Part shown: positions 19,816 through 28,798 of the stretch, in pieces
How the letters are laid out: the number at the start of each line of letters is the position of its first letter
Position numbering within the stretch: position 1 is the stretch's first letter
Origin: an uncultured Bacteroidales bacterium
GTDB taxonomy: Bacteria; Bacteroidota; Bacteroidia; Bacteroidales; Bacteroidaceae
Assembly (NCBI GenBank): GCA_937906165.1
Contig: CALCYA010000096.1
Span: 877-64,876, forward strand
Direction of reading: 5' to 3'
Length of the DNA: 64,000 nucleotides
Position numbers and translations under genes: made by a program
The notes under the pieces: generated by a model
Seen by the model: only the letters and a program-made list of their open reading frames with translations
The model's database searches: none
Told to the model about the DNA's origin: nothing

Positions 19816-20619
19816 CTATTCTCTGTTGCGGAGTTCCCAGAAGGCAACTGCTGCAGCCGCTGCTACGTTGAGGGAATCGACATTGTGTGACATCGGGATT
19901 TTTACTACATGATCTGATGCTGCTATTATCTCTGTAGGTAGCCCTTCTCCCTCTGTACCCATGATTATTGCAAGGCGTGGAATGTCCCTCAATAGGGGAG
20001 CGTCTATGGAAATGGAATCGTCGGAAAGTGCCATTGCGGCAGTAGTGAATCCAATGCGGTGCAGTTCTTCAATCCCATTGTCGAGCCATGTCCATGGAAC
20101 AAGGAACACGCTGCCCATTGATACTCTGACGGCACGGCGGTTCAGGGGGTCGCATGAGTTGCGGGTGAGGAGCACTGCGTCAATGCCGAGTGCGGCAGCG
20201 CTACGGAATATTGCTCCTATGTTTGTGGTGTCTACAACGCCGTCAATGACGACAATGCGGCGTGCGCCACGGCAAACATCCTCGACTTCAGGTTCATCGG
20301 GGCGTCTCATGGCGCACAGCACTCCACGGGTGAGGGTGTAACCGGTGAGGCGTGCAAGCAACTCACGTTCTCCTGTGTATACGGGTATATCGCCGCAACG
20401 TGCGATGATGTCTGCTGCGTCACCGGTAATGTGCCGCTTCTCGCACAGCATGGCAAGCGGTGTATGCCCGGCATTGAGGGCTACATTTATCACCTTTGGG
20501 CTCTCGGCAATGAAGATGCCGTCGTCTTTCTCATGCTCCTTGCGCAGCTGAGCCTCGGTGAGTGTGCTGAATACCTCGACCCCGGGGTGGGTCAGTGATG
20601 TTATTTCAATAATTGGCAT
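19816..20619 (-). CDS. TrmH/SpoU family RNA 2'-O-methyltransferase
   Basis: SpoU motifs NIGAIFRSAAALG, IIMGTEGEGL and IPMSHNVDSLNVAAAAAVAFWE. Confidence 0.85.
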   Translation of the reverse strand: MPIIEITSLTHPGVEVFSTLTEAQLRKEHEKDDGIFIAESPKVINVALNAGHTPLAMLCEKRHITGDAADIIARCGDIPVYTGERELLARLTGYTLTRGVLCAMRRPDEPEVEDVCRGARRIVVIDGVVDTTNIGAIFRSAAALGIDAVLLTRNSCDPLNRRAVRVSMGSVFLVPWTWLDNGIEELHRIGFTTAAMALSDDSISIDAPLLRDIPRLAIIMGTEGEGLPTEIIAASDHVVKIPMSHNVDSLNVAAAAAVAFWELRNRE

Positions 20620-20756
20620 AATTATGGATTATACCGCGAAGATAGGCATAAAGGTCGCCGGATGCAAATTTTGCATTAAGATTAGTTTTGTTCAGAAAAA
20701 TTGCTATCTTCGCGCTGTATGATGCTTGTCATGCTATGTTCCAACAAGAATTCATA

Positions 20757-21671
20757 ATGGACTATAAGACTGTTTTAGAGGATATATACAAAGCTGTAAA
20801 GCCTTATTCCAATGTGGGTAAGGTGGCCGATTATATACCGGAACTGGCGAAAGTGAACCCCGACAGGTTCGGAATATGTATGGATGTCATCGGCGACGGC
20901 TGTTACTCTGTGGGCGATGCTCAAGAGCGTTTCTCAATACAGAGCATCTCAAAGGTATTCGCCCTTGCGATGGCTCTCTCTGTCAAAGGCGAGGGGCTGT
21001 GGACAAGGGTCGGCAAAGAGCCTTCGGGCACGGCTTTCAACTCCCTTGTTCAACTTGAAGTGGAACGCGGTATTCCCCGTAACCCTTTCATAAATGCAGG
21101 GGCTATGGTGCTGACAGATGTCCTGCTGACATCTTTCGAAGACCCGGCCGGGAAATTTCTTGAGTTTGTCCGTGAACTTTGTGGCAGTAAGGATATCTCT
21201 TTCAATGAACAGGTGGCGCACTCGGAGCGTGAGAAGGCTTATCTGAATGCTGCTATAGCCAATCTCCTCAAATATCATAAAAATATCGAATGTGACGTCG
21301 AAGAGGTTTTGCATCTATATTTTCTCACCTGTTCGGTCGAGATGAGCTGCTGTGAACTGGCAAAGGCTTTCCTTGCATTTGCCGACCATACCGAACCTTT
21401 CTGTTATGCTGGTGTAGAGCTTACGCGCTCGCAGATAAAGCGTATGAACGCGATAATGCAGACATGCGGATTCTATGACGAGGCAGGTGAGTTCTCCTAT
21501 CTTGTAGGCTTGCCCGGCAAGAGCGGTGTAGGTGGTGGCATTGCAGCCATTTATCCAATGTGCTATTCGGTGGCAGTCTGGAGCCCGCGCCTTAACGGAA
21601 AAGGCAATTCGGTAAAAGGAATGAAGGCGCTTGAGTTGCTGACGACAATGACAAACGAATCGATATTCTGA
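20757..21671 (+). CDS. glsA: Glutaminase A
   Basis: YIPELAKV, FSIQSISKVF, NPFINAGA, MQTCGFYDEAGEF and GLPGKSGVGGGI motifs. The start was set at MDYKTVLE. Confidence 0.9.
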   Translation: MDYKTVLEDIYKAVKPYSNVGKVADYIPELAKVNPDRFGICMDVIGDGCYSVGDAQERFSIQSISKVFALAMALSVKGEGLWTRVGKEPSGTAFNSLVQLEVERGIPRNPFINAGAMVLTDVLLTSFEDPAGKFLEFVRELCGSKDISFNEQVAHSEREKAYLNAAIANLLKYHKNIECDVEEVLHLYFLTCSVEMSCCELAKAFLAFADHTEPFCYAGVELTRSQIKRMNAIMQTCGFYDEAGEFSYLVGLPGKSGVGGGIAAIYPMCYSVAVWSPRLNGKGNSVKGMKALELLTTMTNESIF

Positions 21672-21680
21672 TTGATGCTT

Positions 21681-22493
21681 ATGAAAGAGACAAAGGTGAT
21701 ATTCATAACTGGTGCATCTTCGGGCTTCGGTAAGGAGACTGCAGAGGAACTTGTAAGGCGTGGACACATTGTCTATGGCACAAGCCGTAAGGGCGCAGCT
21801 TGTGACAACGGGGTGCGTATGCTGCCGATGGATGTAACTGACAAGGATTCCATTGCCCTGGCTGTGGATAGAGTGGTGACCGAGCAGGGACGTATCGATG
21901 TCCTCATAAACAATGCCGGTGTGGGAATAAGCGGTGCATTGGAACTTGCTACCGAAGAAGAGATTGAGTGGCAGATGGGAACGAACTTCAAAGGCATGGT
22001 GAATATGTGCAATGCGGTGCTGCCCCACATGCGTAAGGCCCGTAACGGACGCATTATAAATATAAGTTCCATTGCCGGCGTCATGGCTGTTCCTTTTCAG
22101 GGCTTCTATTCTGCCTCCAAATTTGCCATCGAGGGTTACAGCGAGGCTCTCTCAATGGAGGTATATCCTTTCGGCATAAAGGTGTGCGTGGTGGAGCCCG
22201 GTGATTTCTCTACCAATTTCACTGCCAACAGGAATGTCTCAAGGGAGACACTTGCCTGTGATGACTATCGTGAGTGCTTTGAACGTACTATGGATATAAT
22301 TGAAAAGGAAGAACTCGGCGGGTCAAAGCCCATCAAACTTGCCAAGAGGATTGCCCGTCTGGTAGAGCGCAGGAACCCTCCTTTCCGTACAAAGGTGGGC
22401 CCGTGGTTCCAGGTGGCGTTGGCAAAGGTGCGTTGGATGGTGCCGCAGCCGTGGTTTGCTAAAGGACTGCGGTGGTTCTATAAGATAAAGTAA
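21681..22493 (+). CDS. Short-chain dehydrogenase/reductase (SDR) family oxidoreductase
   Basis: VIFITGASSGFG, LINNAG and YSASKFA motifs. Confidence 0.85.
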   Translation: MKETKVIFITGASSGFGKETAEELVRRGHIVYGTSRKGAACDNGVRMLPMDVTDKDSIALAVDRVVTEQGRIDVLINNAGVGISGALELATEEEIEWQMGTNFKGMVNMCNAVLPHMRKARNGRIINISSIAGVMAVPFQGFYSASKFAIEGYSEALSMEVYPFGIKVCVVEPGDFSTNFTANRNVSRETLACDDYRECFERTMDIIEKEELGGSKPIKLAKRIARLVERRNPPFRTKVGPWFQVALAKVRWMVPQPWFAKGLRWFYKIK

Positions 22494-22565
22494 CCTTGAA
22501 ACAAAATTAACTTAATGTGCGTTGAATAAAAAAACTTGAAGTATAACTTATAAAAACCAACAATT

Positions 22566-23669
22566 ATGACCTACTTAAAAAGATTCGGTATGTTTGTGAT
22601 TATGCTGTTGTCTGTGACGATGGCTTTCGCTCAGGAGTTGCCAAAGGTATATATCCTCGCGACAGGTGGAACAATTGCGGGCTCGGGTTCTTCGGCTACA
22701 AAGAGTAACTATTCGGCAGGACAGGTTGCTATCGGTACACTGCTCGATGCTGTTCCCGCAATAAATGATGTTGCATACGTCGAGGGCGAGCAGGTGGTGA
22801 ATATCGGTTCACAGGATATGAGCAATGATGTGTGGCTGGTGCTTGCAAAGAGAGTGAATGAACTTCTTGCACAGACAGACGTGAACGGTATTGTAATTAC
22901 CCACGGAACCGATACCATGGAGGAGACTGCCTTCTTCCTGAGTCTTGTTACCGACAGCAATATCCCCATTGTGCTTGTAGGTGCAATGCGTCCATCTACC
23001 GCAATAAGTGCCGATGGCCCGGTCAACCTCTACAATGCCGTTGTAACCGCTGCATCACCCGCCTCAATGGGTCGTGGAGTGCTTGTGTGCATGAACGGCA
23101 AGGTTTATGGTGCCGCAGATGTCACAAAAACCAATACAACAAGCGTGGAGACTTTCCAGTCGCCCAATTCCGGTGCTCTGGGTTACATCCACAATGGCGA
23201 GGTATTCTATTATCATGCTCCCGACAGAGTGGGCCGTAAATTTGTAGACCATGTACATGAGGGAACATTGTTCAATGAGGTCAGGACTCCATATTTCAAT
23301 ATAGATGGCCTGAAGTCTCTCCCCAAGGTGGGCATAGCCTATGGTTACTCAAGTGTCGAGGGTGATGTCGTTGACATGATGATTGACAAACACTATAAAG
23401 GCATCGTGTATGCCGGAGTTGGTAACGGTAACATCCATAAGAATGTATTCCCTGAGCTTGAGAAGGCGCGCAAGGACGGTATAATAGTTGTACGTTCAAG
23501 CCGCGTTCCTACCGGTGCTACAACACTTGACGCCGAGGTGGATGACAACAAGTATGAGTTTGTGGCATCATGGGGGCTCAACCCACAGAAGGCACGCATC
23601 CTTCTGATGCTTGCCCTTACAAAGACCGATGATTGGAAAGTTATTCAGAAATATTTCAATAACTATTAA
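22566..23669 (+). CDS. ansB: Periplasmic type II L-asparaginase
   Basis: Signal peptide, then ILATGGTIAG, ITHGTDTMEETAFFL and GAMRPSTAISADGP. Confidence 0.92.
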   Translation: MTYLKRFGMFVIMLLSVTMAFAQELPKVYILATGGTIAGSGSSATKSNYSAGQVAIGTLLDAVPAINDVAYVEGEQVVNIGSQDMSNDVWLVLAKRVNELLAQTDVNGIVITHGTDTMEETAFFLSLVTDSNIPIVLVGAMRPSTAISADGPVNLYNAVVTAASPASMGRGVLVCMNGKVYGAADVTKTNTTSVETFQSPNSGALGYIHNGEVFYYHAPDRVGRKFVDHVHEGTLFNEVRTPYFNIDGLKSLPKVGIAYGYSSVEGDVVDMMIDKHYKGIVYAGVGNGNIHKNVFPELEKARKDGIIVVRSSRVPTGATTLDAEVDDNKYEFVASWGLNPQKARILLMLALTKTDDWKVIQKYFNNY

Positions 23670-23681
23670 TAAACTACAGTC

Positions 23682-24875
23682 ATGAAAATGAGAAACACTC
23701 TATTTGTACTTGTAGCGCTTGTAGCCGGTATGGCATCGGCCCAGGTTACATCGCGTAATGCTGCAAATGCCTATGGCGAGAAATCACTTGCAGAGCGCGT
23801 GACAAAAATCGAGAAACAGAACGACTGGTTCAATCTCTACATGAACATGCACGGTGCTTTCGATGCAAAGTTCAACCAGGATGGCCGCAACGGCTTGAGC
23901 GAAGGTGCGTTCAATATGCGTCAGCTGCGTATCGAGGCTAAAGGTAAGGTTAATGACTGGCTCTCTTACCGTTGGCGTCAGCGCCTGAACCGCAGCAATG
24001 ACGGTGGCGGCATGATCGATAATCTGCCGAACTCCATTGACCTTGCATATATCGCTGTTCAACTCAATGAGAAGTTATCACTGACAGCAGGCAAGCAGTG
24101 CGCCGCGTACGGTGGTTTCGAGTTCGATGCGAACCCTATCGAAATCTACCAGTACAGTGAGATCATCAACAATATGAGCAACTTCATGACAGGTCTTTCG
24201 CTCATATATGACGTTACTCCCACACAGCAGTTGCAGTTCCAGATTCTTGACAGCCGCAACGGCTCGCAGGAGGATACTTACGGTGCAGGTCTCGAGGAGA
24301 GCCGTCTGCCGCTTGTATACTCCGTGAACTGGAATGCCAATATGTTCGACAATGCATGGCAGACACGCTGGTCGGCTTCTCTGATGGAGGAGACTCACGG
24401 AATGTACATGTATTATGTGGCGCTCGGTAACCAGTTCAACTTCTCGGAGCGTTGCAATATGTATGTCGACCTCATGAGCTCGCTTGAGCAGGTTGACCGC
24501 AAGGGGATAATGACTAATCTCCTTGGTGGTCAGGGCGCTTTTGGCGGACATAACATGTACAATGCGTTGTATAACTCGCTTGTGACAAAGATAAACTTCC
24601 GCGTACAGCCCAAGTGGAATCTTTTCGCGAAGGGTATGTTCGAGTCTGCCGGTGTGGCAAAGGATACCGACGGCGTGGCAAAGGGCAACTACCGTACATC
24701 GCTCGGTTACATTGCCGGTGTGGAGTTCTATCCAATGGAGACCAACCTGCACTTCTACCTTGCATTCATCGGTCAGAGCAACTTCTTCACCGAGAGAGCA
24801 AAGGCGTTCGGGCAGGATGACTACAGTACACAGCGTGTCTCTTTGGGCTTCATCTACCAGTTGCCTCTGTTCTGA
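23682..24875 (+). CDS. Putative outer-membrane porin
   Basis: Signal peptide ALVAGMASAQ, alternating beta-strand-like pattern, and a C-terminal aromatic end (LGFIYQLPLF). It sits between ansB and the C4-dicarboxylate transporter. Confidence 0.55.
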   Translation: MKMRNTLFVLVALVAGMASAQVTSRNAANAYGEKSLAERVTKIEKQNDWFNLYMNMHGAFDAKFNQDGRNGLSEGAFNMRQLRIEAKGKVNDWLSYRWRQRLNRSNDGGGMIDNLPNSIDLAYIAVQLNEKLSLTAGKQCAAYGGFEFDANPIEIYQYSEIINNMSNFMTGLSLIYDVTPTQQLQFQILDSRNGSQEDTYGAGLEESRLPLVYSVNWNANMFDNAWQTRWSASLMEETHGMYMYYVALGNQFNFSERCNMYVDLMSSLEQVDRKGIMTNLLGGQGAFGGHNMYNALYNSLVTKINFRVQPKWNLFAKGMFESAGVAKDTDGVAKGNYRTSLGYIAGVEFYPMETNLHFYLAFIGQSNFFTERAKAFGQDDYSTQRVSLGFIYQLPLF

Positions 24876-24905
24876 TAATTAACACATGACAAACACGTAT
24901 AAAAT

Positions 24906-26207
24906 ATGATGCTTGTACAACTTCTGCTGGTTCTTGTGTGCATAATCATCGGTGCACGTCTTGGCGGTATCGGCCTTGGTGTCATGGGTGGTGTGGGTGT
25001 TGCGGTGCTGACATTTGTCTTCGGGTTGCAACCCGGCGCTCTTCCCATTGATGTGATGCTTATGATTGCAGCGGTAATATCTGCGGCAGGATGTATGCAG
25101 GCGGCAGGCGGTCTTGATTATATGGTAAAGGTGGCAGAGCGTATACTGCGCTCTAACCCGCAGTATGTGACAATCCTGGCTCCGCTGGTGACCTATACTT
25201 TCACTTTTCTTGCAGGAACGGGACACGTTGCATATTCGGTGTTGCCTGTGATTGCCGAGGTGGCCACAGAGACAAAGATACGTCCTGAACGTCCGCTGGG
25301 AATAGCTGTCATTGCCTCGCAACAGGCTATTACGGCTTCCCCTATCTCTGCGGCTACGGTGGCTCTCCTGGGCTTGCTCGCCGGTTTTGACATTACGCTT
25401 TTCGACATTCTTAAAATAAGTATACCTGCCACTCTTGTGGGTGTGATTGTAGGTGCCCTCTTCTCTATGAGAGTGGGTAAGAAACTTGTCGATGACCCTG
25501 AATACAAGCGCCGTCTTGAGTCGGGTGAGCTCGATATCAAGCATGTTGAGATTGACGATGTGAAGAACCGTTTCGGTGCGCGCATTTCTGTACTGCTCTT
25601 TATTGCAGCCACTGTATTGATCGTCCTCTTCGGTTCAATGCCGTCAATGCGTCCTTCGTTTGACGGAGAACAGGTAGGTATGCCTGTCATAATAGAGATG
25701 CTGATGCTTGCTACGGCTGCATTGATACTGCTCATCACCCGTACCAGTGGCGCGAAGGCTGCGCAGGGTAGTGTGTTCTCGGCAGGAATGCAGGCTGTGG
25801 TGGCAATCTTCGGTATTGCATGGATGGGTGATACTTTCATCAGTGGAAACATTGTGGAGCTGAAAAGCTCGATTGAGGGTGTTGTTACCGAGATGCCTTG
25901 GCTCTTCGGTTTGGCGCTCTTCGTGATGTCGATACTGCTCTACAGCCAGGCAGCCACAGTACGTGCGATAGTTCCATTGGGTATAGCATTGAGCATATCC
26001 CCTATGATGCTGATTGCGTTGTTCCCTGCAGTGAACGGTTATTTCTTTATCCCTAACTATCCGACATTGGTGGCGGCGATAAACTTTGATCGTACCGGAA
26101 CTACAAGGATAGGAAAGTGGATACTTAACCACTCGTTCATGATGCCGGGCCTTGTGGCTACGGCAGTGGCAATAGCTACAGGTCTTTTGTTGATTCAGAT
26201 TTATTGA
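24906..26207 (+). CDS. dcuB: Anaerobic C4-dicarboxylate transporter (DcuA/DcuB family)
   Basis: 433-aa polytopic protein with a Dcu-family N-terminus (LLLVLVCIIIGARLGGIGLGVMGGVGV...) and the expected size. Confidence 0.8.
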   Translation: MMLVQLLLVLVCIIIGARLGGIGLGVMGGVGVAVLTFVFGLQPGALPIDVMLMIAAVISAAGCMQAAGGLDYMVKVAERILRSNPQYVTILAPLVTYTFTFLAGTGHVAYSVLPVIAEVATETKIRPERPLGIAVIASQQAITASPISAATVALLGLLAGFDITLFDILKISIPATLVGVIVGALFSMRVGKKLVDDPEYKRRLESGELDIKHVEIDDVKNRFGARISVLLFIAATVLIVLFGSMPSMRPSFDGEQVGMPVIIEMLMLATAALILLITRTSGAKAAQGSVFSAGMQAVVAIFGIAWMGDTFISGNIVELKSSIEGVVTEMPWLFGLALFVMSILLYSQAATVRAIVPLGIALSISPMMLIALFPAVNGYFFIPNYPTLVAAINFDRTGTTRIGKWILNHSFMMPGLVATAVAIATGLLLIQIY

Positions 26208-26229
26208 TACCAGCTATCCTGAATAGGAC

Positions 26230-26266
26230 GTGGGTGACCCATTCACTTTTGGGTCACCCACTTTTG
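26230..26266 (+). terminator. Intrinsic terminator after dcuB
   Basis: 11-bp stem gtgggtgaccc / gggtcacccac, followed by tttt. Confidence 0.65.
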
Positions 26267-26443
26267 TTGAGGGGTTGGATGAAAAGAGCCTTTTCAGTCT
26301 TGTCGGTATGTAAAGATAAAAGATGTGTAATGGGAATATTTCTTGCCGTTTAGAGGTTTCTACTCCTTGCTTTTTTATTAATTTTGCATCCGATTGGGAT
26401 TTATATCCTACAAGTCCCGGTCGTTTTGGAAACGGTTTGAATT

Positions 26444-27934
26444 ATGATTACATTTACTTCGGGAAATATACTTTTCATCGGTTCAATACTAATATTCTGC
26501 AGTATATTGATTACTAAGGCCGGTGGACGTTTTGGAATGCCTACATTGTTGCTGTTCCTTATCGCAGGAATGCTTTTCGGGTGCGATGGCCTGGGAATAC
26601 ATTTCGATAATGTCGGTCAGGCACAGTTCGTTGGAATGGTGGCACTCTGTGTCATCCTCTTTACAGGTGGTGTCGAGACGCGGATTTCCGATATAATGCC
26701 TGTGTTAGGACCGGGACTCACGCTTTCTACCGTAGGCGTGCTGCTGACAACGCTTTTTACCGGTGGGTTCATCTTCGCGCTTTCCGAGTGGGAGCTGTTC
26801 TCGCTGGAGTTGCCGCTGATAACCTGCTTCCTGCTTGCAGCGACAATGTCCTCGACAGACTCTGCCACGGTGTTCAACATTCTGCGCGGAAAGAATATGA
26901 GGCTCAAGAATAATCTGCAACCTATGCTGGAACTTGAGAGCGGAAGCAACGACCCTATGGCATATATCCTTACGATTGTACTCATACAGCTTGCTCTTAC
27001 AGTGGGCGATGCCTCGTTGTCATCATTGGATACTCCAAAACTTGTGGTCGATTCTTTGACTATACTGGTGCAGCAGTTTGCCGCAGGTGCAATGATTGGT
27101 GCCGGTGCGGGATTTGCAACAATATGGGTGATGAACAAGGTGAACCTCAATAATATTCCGCTCTATTCAATTATGCTCATGAGCATTGTGTTCTTTACAT
27201 TTGCGATAACGGATATGTTGGGCGGTAACGGTTATCTCGCGGTATATATAGCAGGTATAATTGTGGGAAACAACAGGATGAAGAACCGTAAACAGGTGGT
27301 GGCATTCTTTGATGGCTTGACATGGATTGTACAGATAGGCATGTTCCTACTGTTGGGACTTCTTGTTGTCCCCAGTGAGATGTGGAAGTGTGCGGTAGCT
27401 GCATTGCTGATAGGATTGTTCATGATGCTTGTGGCGCGTCCGTTGAGTGTATTTATGTCGTTGTTGCCGTTCAAGAATATCAATCTTGCATCAAAGAGCT
27501 ATGTATCGTGGGTGGGCTTGCGTGGTGCTGTACCTATCATCTTCGCAATGTATCCGGTGGTTGAGAATGTGCCTGGCAGCAGTGAGATATTCAATATTGT
27601 ATTCTTTATAACATTGCTCTCTTTGGTTTTGCAGGGCGGTACAATTGCTGCTGCGGCCAAGAAGATGAACCTGCTGTTGCCTCCTCCCGAAAAGAGCCAT
27701 TTTGATGTTGAGCTTCCGGAGGATGCCGGTGAACTCAGTGAGATTACCGTTACTGCTGAGCTTATTGAGAGCAAGGGTGATACTTTGCAAGCGTTGGGGT
27801 TACCGAAAGGTGTACTGGTGATGCTTGTCAAGCGTGGCGACAGGTATGTTGTACCCGATGGTTCCTTGAAGCTGCAGGAGGGTGATCATCTGTTGATGGT
27901 GGCAAGCTCCGAGATTGAGGAGGCGGGGAGGTGA
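26444..27934 (+). CDS. Monovalent cation (K+)/H+ antiporter, CPA1 family, with a C-terminal TrkA_C-like domain
   Basis: About 12 TM helices with the Na_H_Exchanger pattern (SSTDSATVFNIL, ESGSNDPMA). The soluble C-terminal ~80 aa read LPKGVLVMLVKRGDRYVVPDG...GDHLLMV. Confidence 0.8.
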   Translation: MITFTSGNILFIGSILIFCSILITKAGGRFGMPTLLLFLIAGMLFGCDGLGIHFDNVGQAQFVGMVALCVILFTGGVETRISDIMPVLGPGLTLSTVGVLLTTLFTGGFIFALSEWELFSLELPLITCFLLAATMSSTDSATVFNILRGKNMRLKNNLQPMLELESGSNDPMAYILTIVLIQLALTVGDASLSSLDTPKLVVDSLTILVQQFAAGAMIGAGAGFATIWVMNKVNLNNIPLYSIMLMSIVFFTFAITDMLGGNGYLAVYIAGIIVGNNRMKNRKQVVAFFDGLTWIVQIGMFLLLGLLVVPSEMWKCAVAALLIGLFMMLVARPLSVFMSLLPFKNINLASKSYVSWVGLRGAVPIIFAMYPVVENVPGSSEIFNIVFFITLLSLVLQGGTIAAAAKKMNLLLPPPEKSHFDVELPEDAGELSEITVTAELIESKGDTLQALGLPKGVLVMLVKRGDRYVVPDGSLKLQEGDHLLMVASSEIEEAGR

Positions 27935-27968
27935 ATGTGTAAAGAATAAAGGAGTGCCAGGTTTATAA

Positions 27969-27996
27969 GGGTCTTTAAGGTCTTTAGGGTCTTTAG
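27969..27996. repeat. Three tandem copies of GGTCTTTAR
   Basis: Sequence gggtctttaa ggtctttag ggtctttag. The reverse complement (ttaaagaccc) recurs inside the repeat element at 53826-53835. Confidence 0.6.
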
Positions 27997-28054
27997 TGGG
28001 CGCTTTTTAAACGGAACACTGCGAGCTGCTTGACTCATTTATATACAATGATAA

Positions 28055-28087
28055 CGGAGCATACCGCACGGTATGCTCCGTTTGTGT
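28055..28087. terminator. Stem-loop at the 3' end of rnpB, also downstream of the antiporter gene
   Basis: 11-bp stem cggagcatacc / ggtatgctccg, loop gcac, followed by tttgtgt. Confidence 0.55.
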
Positions 28088-28434
28088 AACAGTCAGCTTA
28101 TAAGCCGGGTTCTGTGCCCCTTGCGGGGTGTCTGTCATTCATCTATGCAGTGTGTCACCACAATGCTAAAGCGTTCTACCCTCCGGCTCGGGCGAGCGAC
28201 CCTCAAGCGCCGGTTTACATGAACTTGCAGCCTCCAAGACACACGGCCCGTACATCACTGCACGGCCGGTGGGCTCTTACCCCACCTTCTCACCCTTACC
28301 CCGGAGGGGCGGTTATTTTCTTCTGCGTTACTCTGCCTTCACAAGCAGCTTTCTGTTAGGAAGTGGAGTGCTCTGCGCTGCCCGGACTTTCCTCCTTTGC
28401 CTTTGGGGCAACGGCGACAGACCGGCTGACTGTG
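28088..28434 (-). ncRNA. rnpB: RNase P RNA (bacterial type A)
   Basis: The minus strand carries GAGGAAAGTCCGGGC (P4 5' strand), GGGTAAGGGTGAGAAGGTGGGGTAAGAGCCCACC, and TAGATGAATGACAG...ACAGAACCCGGCTTATAAGCTGACTG. P1 pairs CAGTCAGC with GCTGACTG. The ends are approximate. Confidence 0.9.
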
Positions 28435-28599
28435 TTTCTGTTTGCAAAAATACAAAAAATAGTGTAATCTCAGTTGTATAATGTGGATTTTCTCCTTATG
28501 CAACAGTCTATTTGATGGTGCAAGGATAATTTTTGTCATAGAATGTTTGTTGTATGGCAATTTTTTCTTACCTTTGCAGTCGATAATGTTAGAAAGTAT

Positions 28600-28700
28600 G
28601 GGTAAGTCCTATACGGCCAGCTCCTAGCGAATCCTCCAGGGCTTGACCGCAGCAAAGGTAGTTGGTTGTAGCGGCGCGATGTAGGTAGCTTACCCACCCC
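28600..28700 (+). ncRNA. ffs: Small structured RNA, most likely signal recognition particle (4.5S) RNA
   Basis: It forms a ~100-nt hairpin (5' GGGTAAG pairs with 3' CTTACCC). CCAGG...GCAGCAAAGGTAG and GATGTAG...CCCACCCC align with E. coli 4.5S CCAGG...GCAGCCAAGGCAG and GAUGUAG...CCCACCC. The RNA has its own terminator. Its apical loop is shorter than the canonical GGAA helix 8. Confidence 0.6.
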
Positions 28701-28703
28701 ATA

Positions 28704-28732
28704 GGCGAGTGCAATGGCACTCGCTTTTTTTT
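28704..28732 (+). terminator. Intrinsic terminator of the SRP-like RNA
   Basis: Stem gcgagtgc / gcactcgc, loop aatg, then T8. Confidence 0.8.
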
Positions 28733-28798
28733 GTCTGATATGAATATAAGAAATGTCACCGACTCCCGCCGGTGACATTCATTGTTTTCAAGTTTTAT

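Noticed and set aside
28114-28560. ORFs 28114-28359 (+), 28269-28481 (+), 28339-28560 (-) and 28536-28778 (-).
   Set aside because: They overlap the RNase P RNA and the SRP-like RNA genes. The conserved RNA motifs explain the sequence, so these are not credible proteins.
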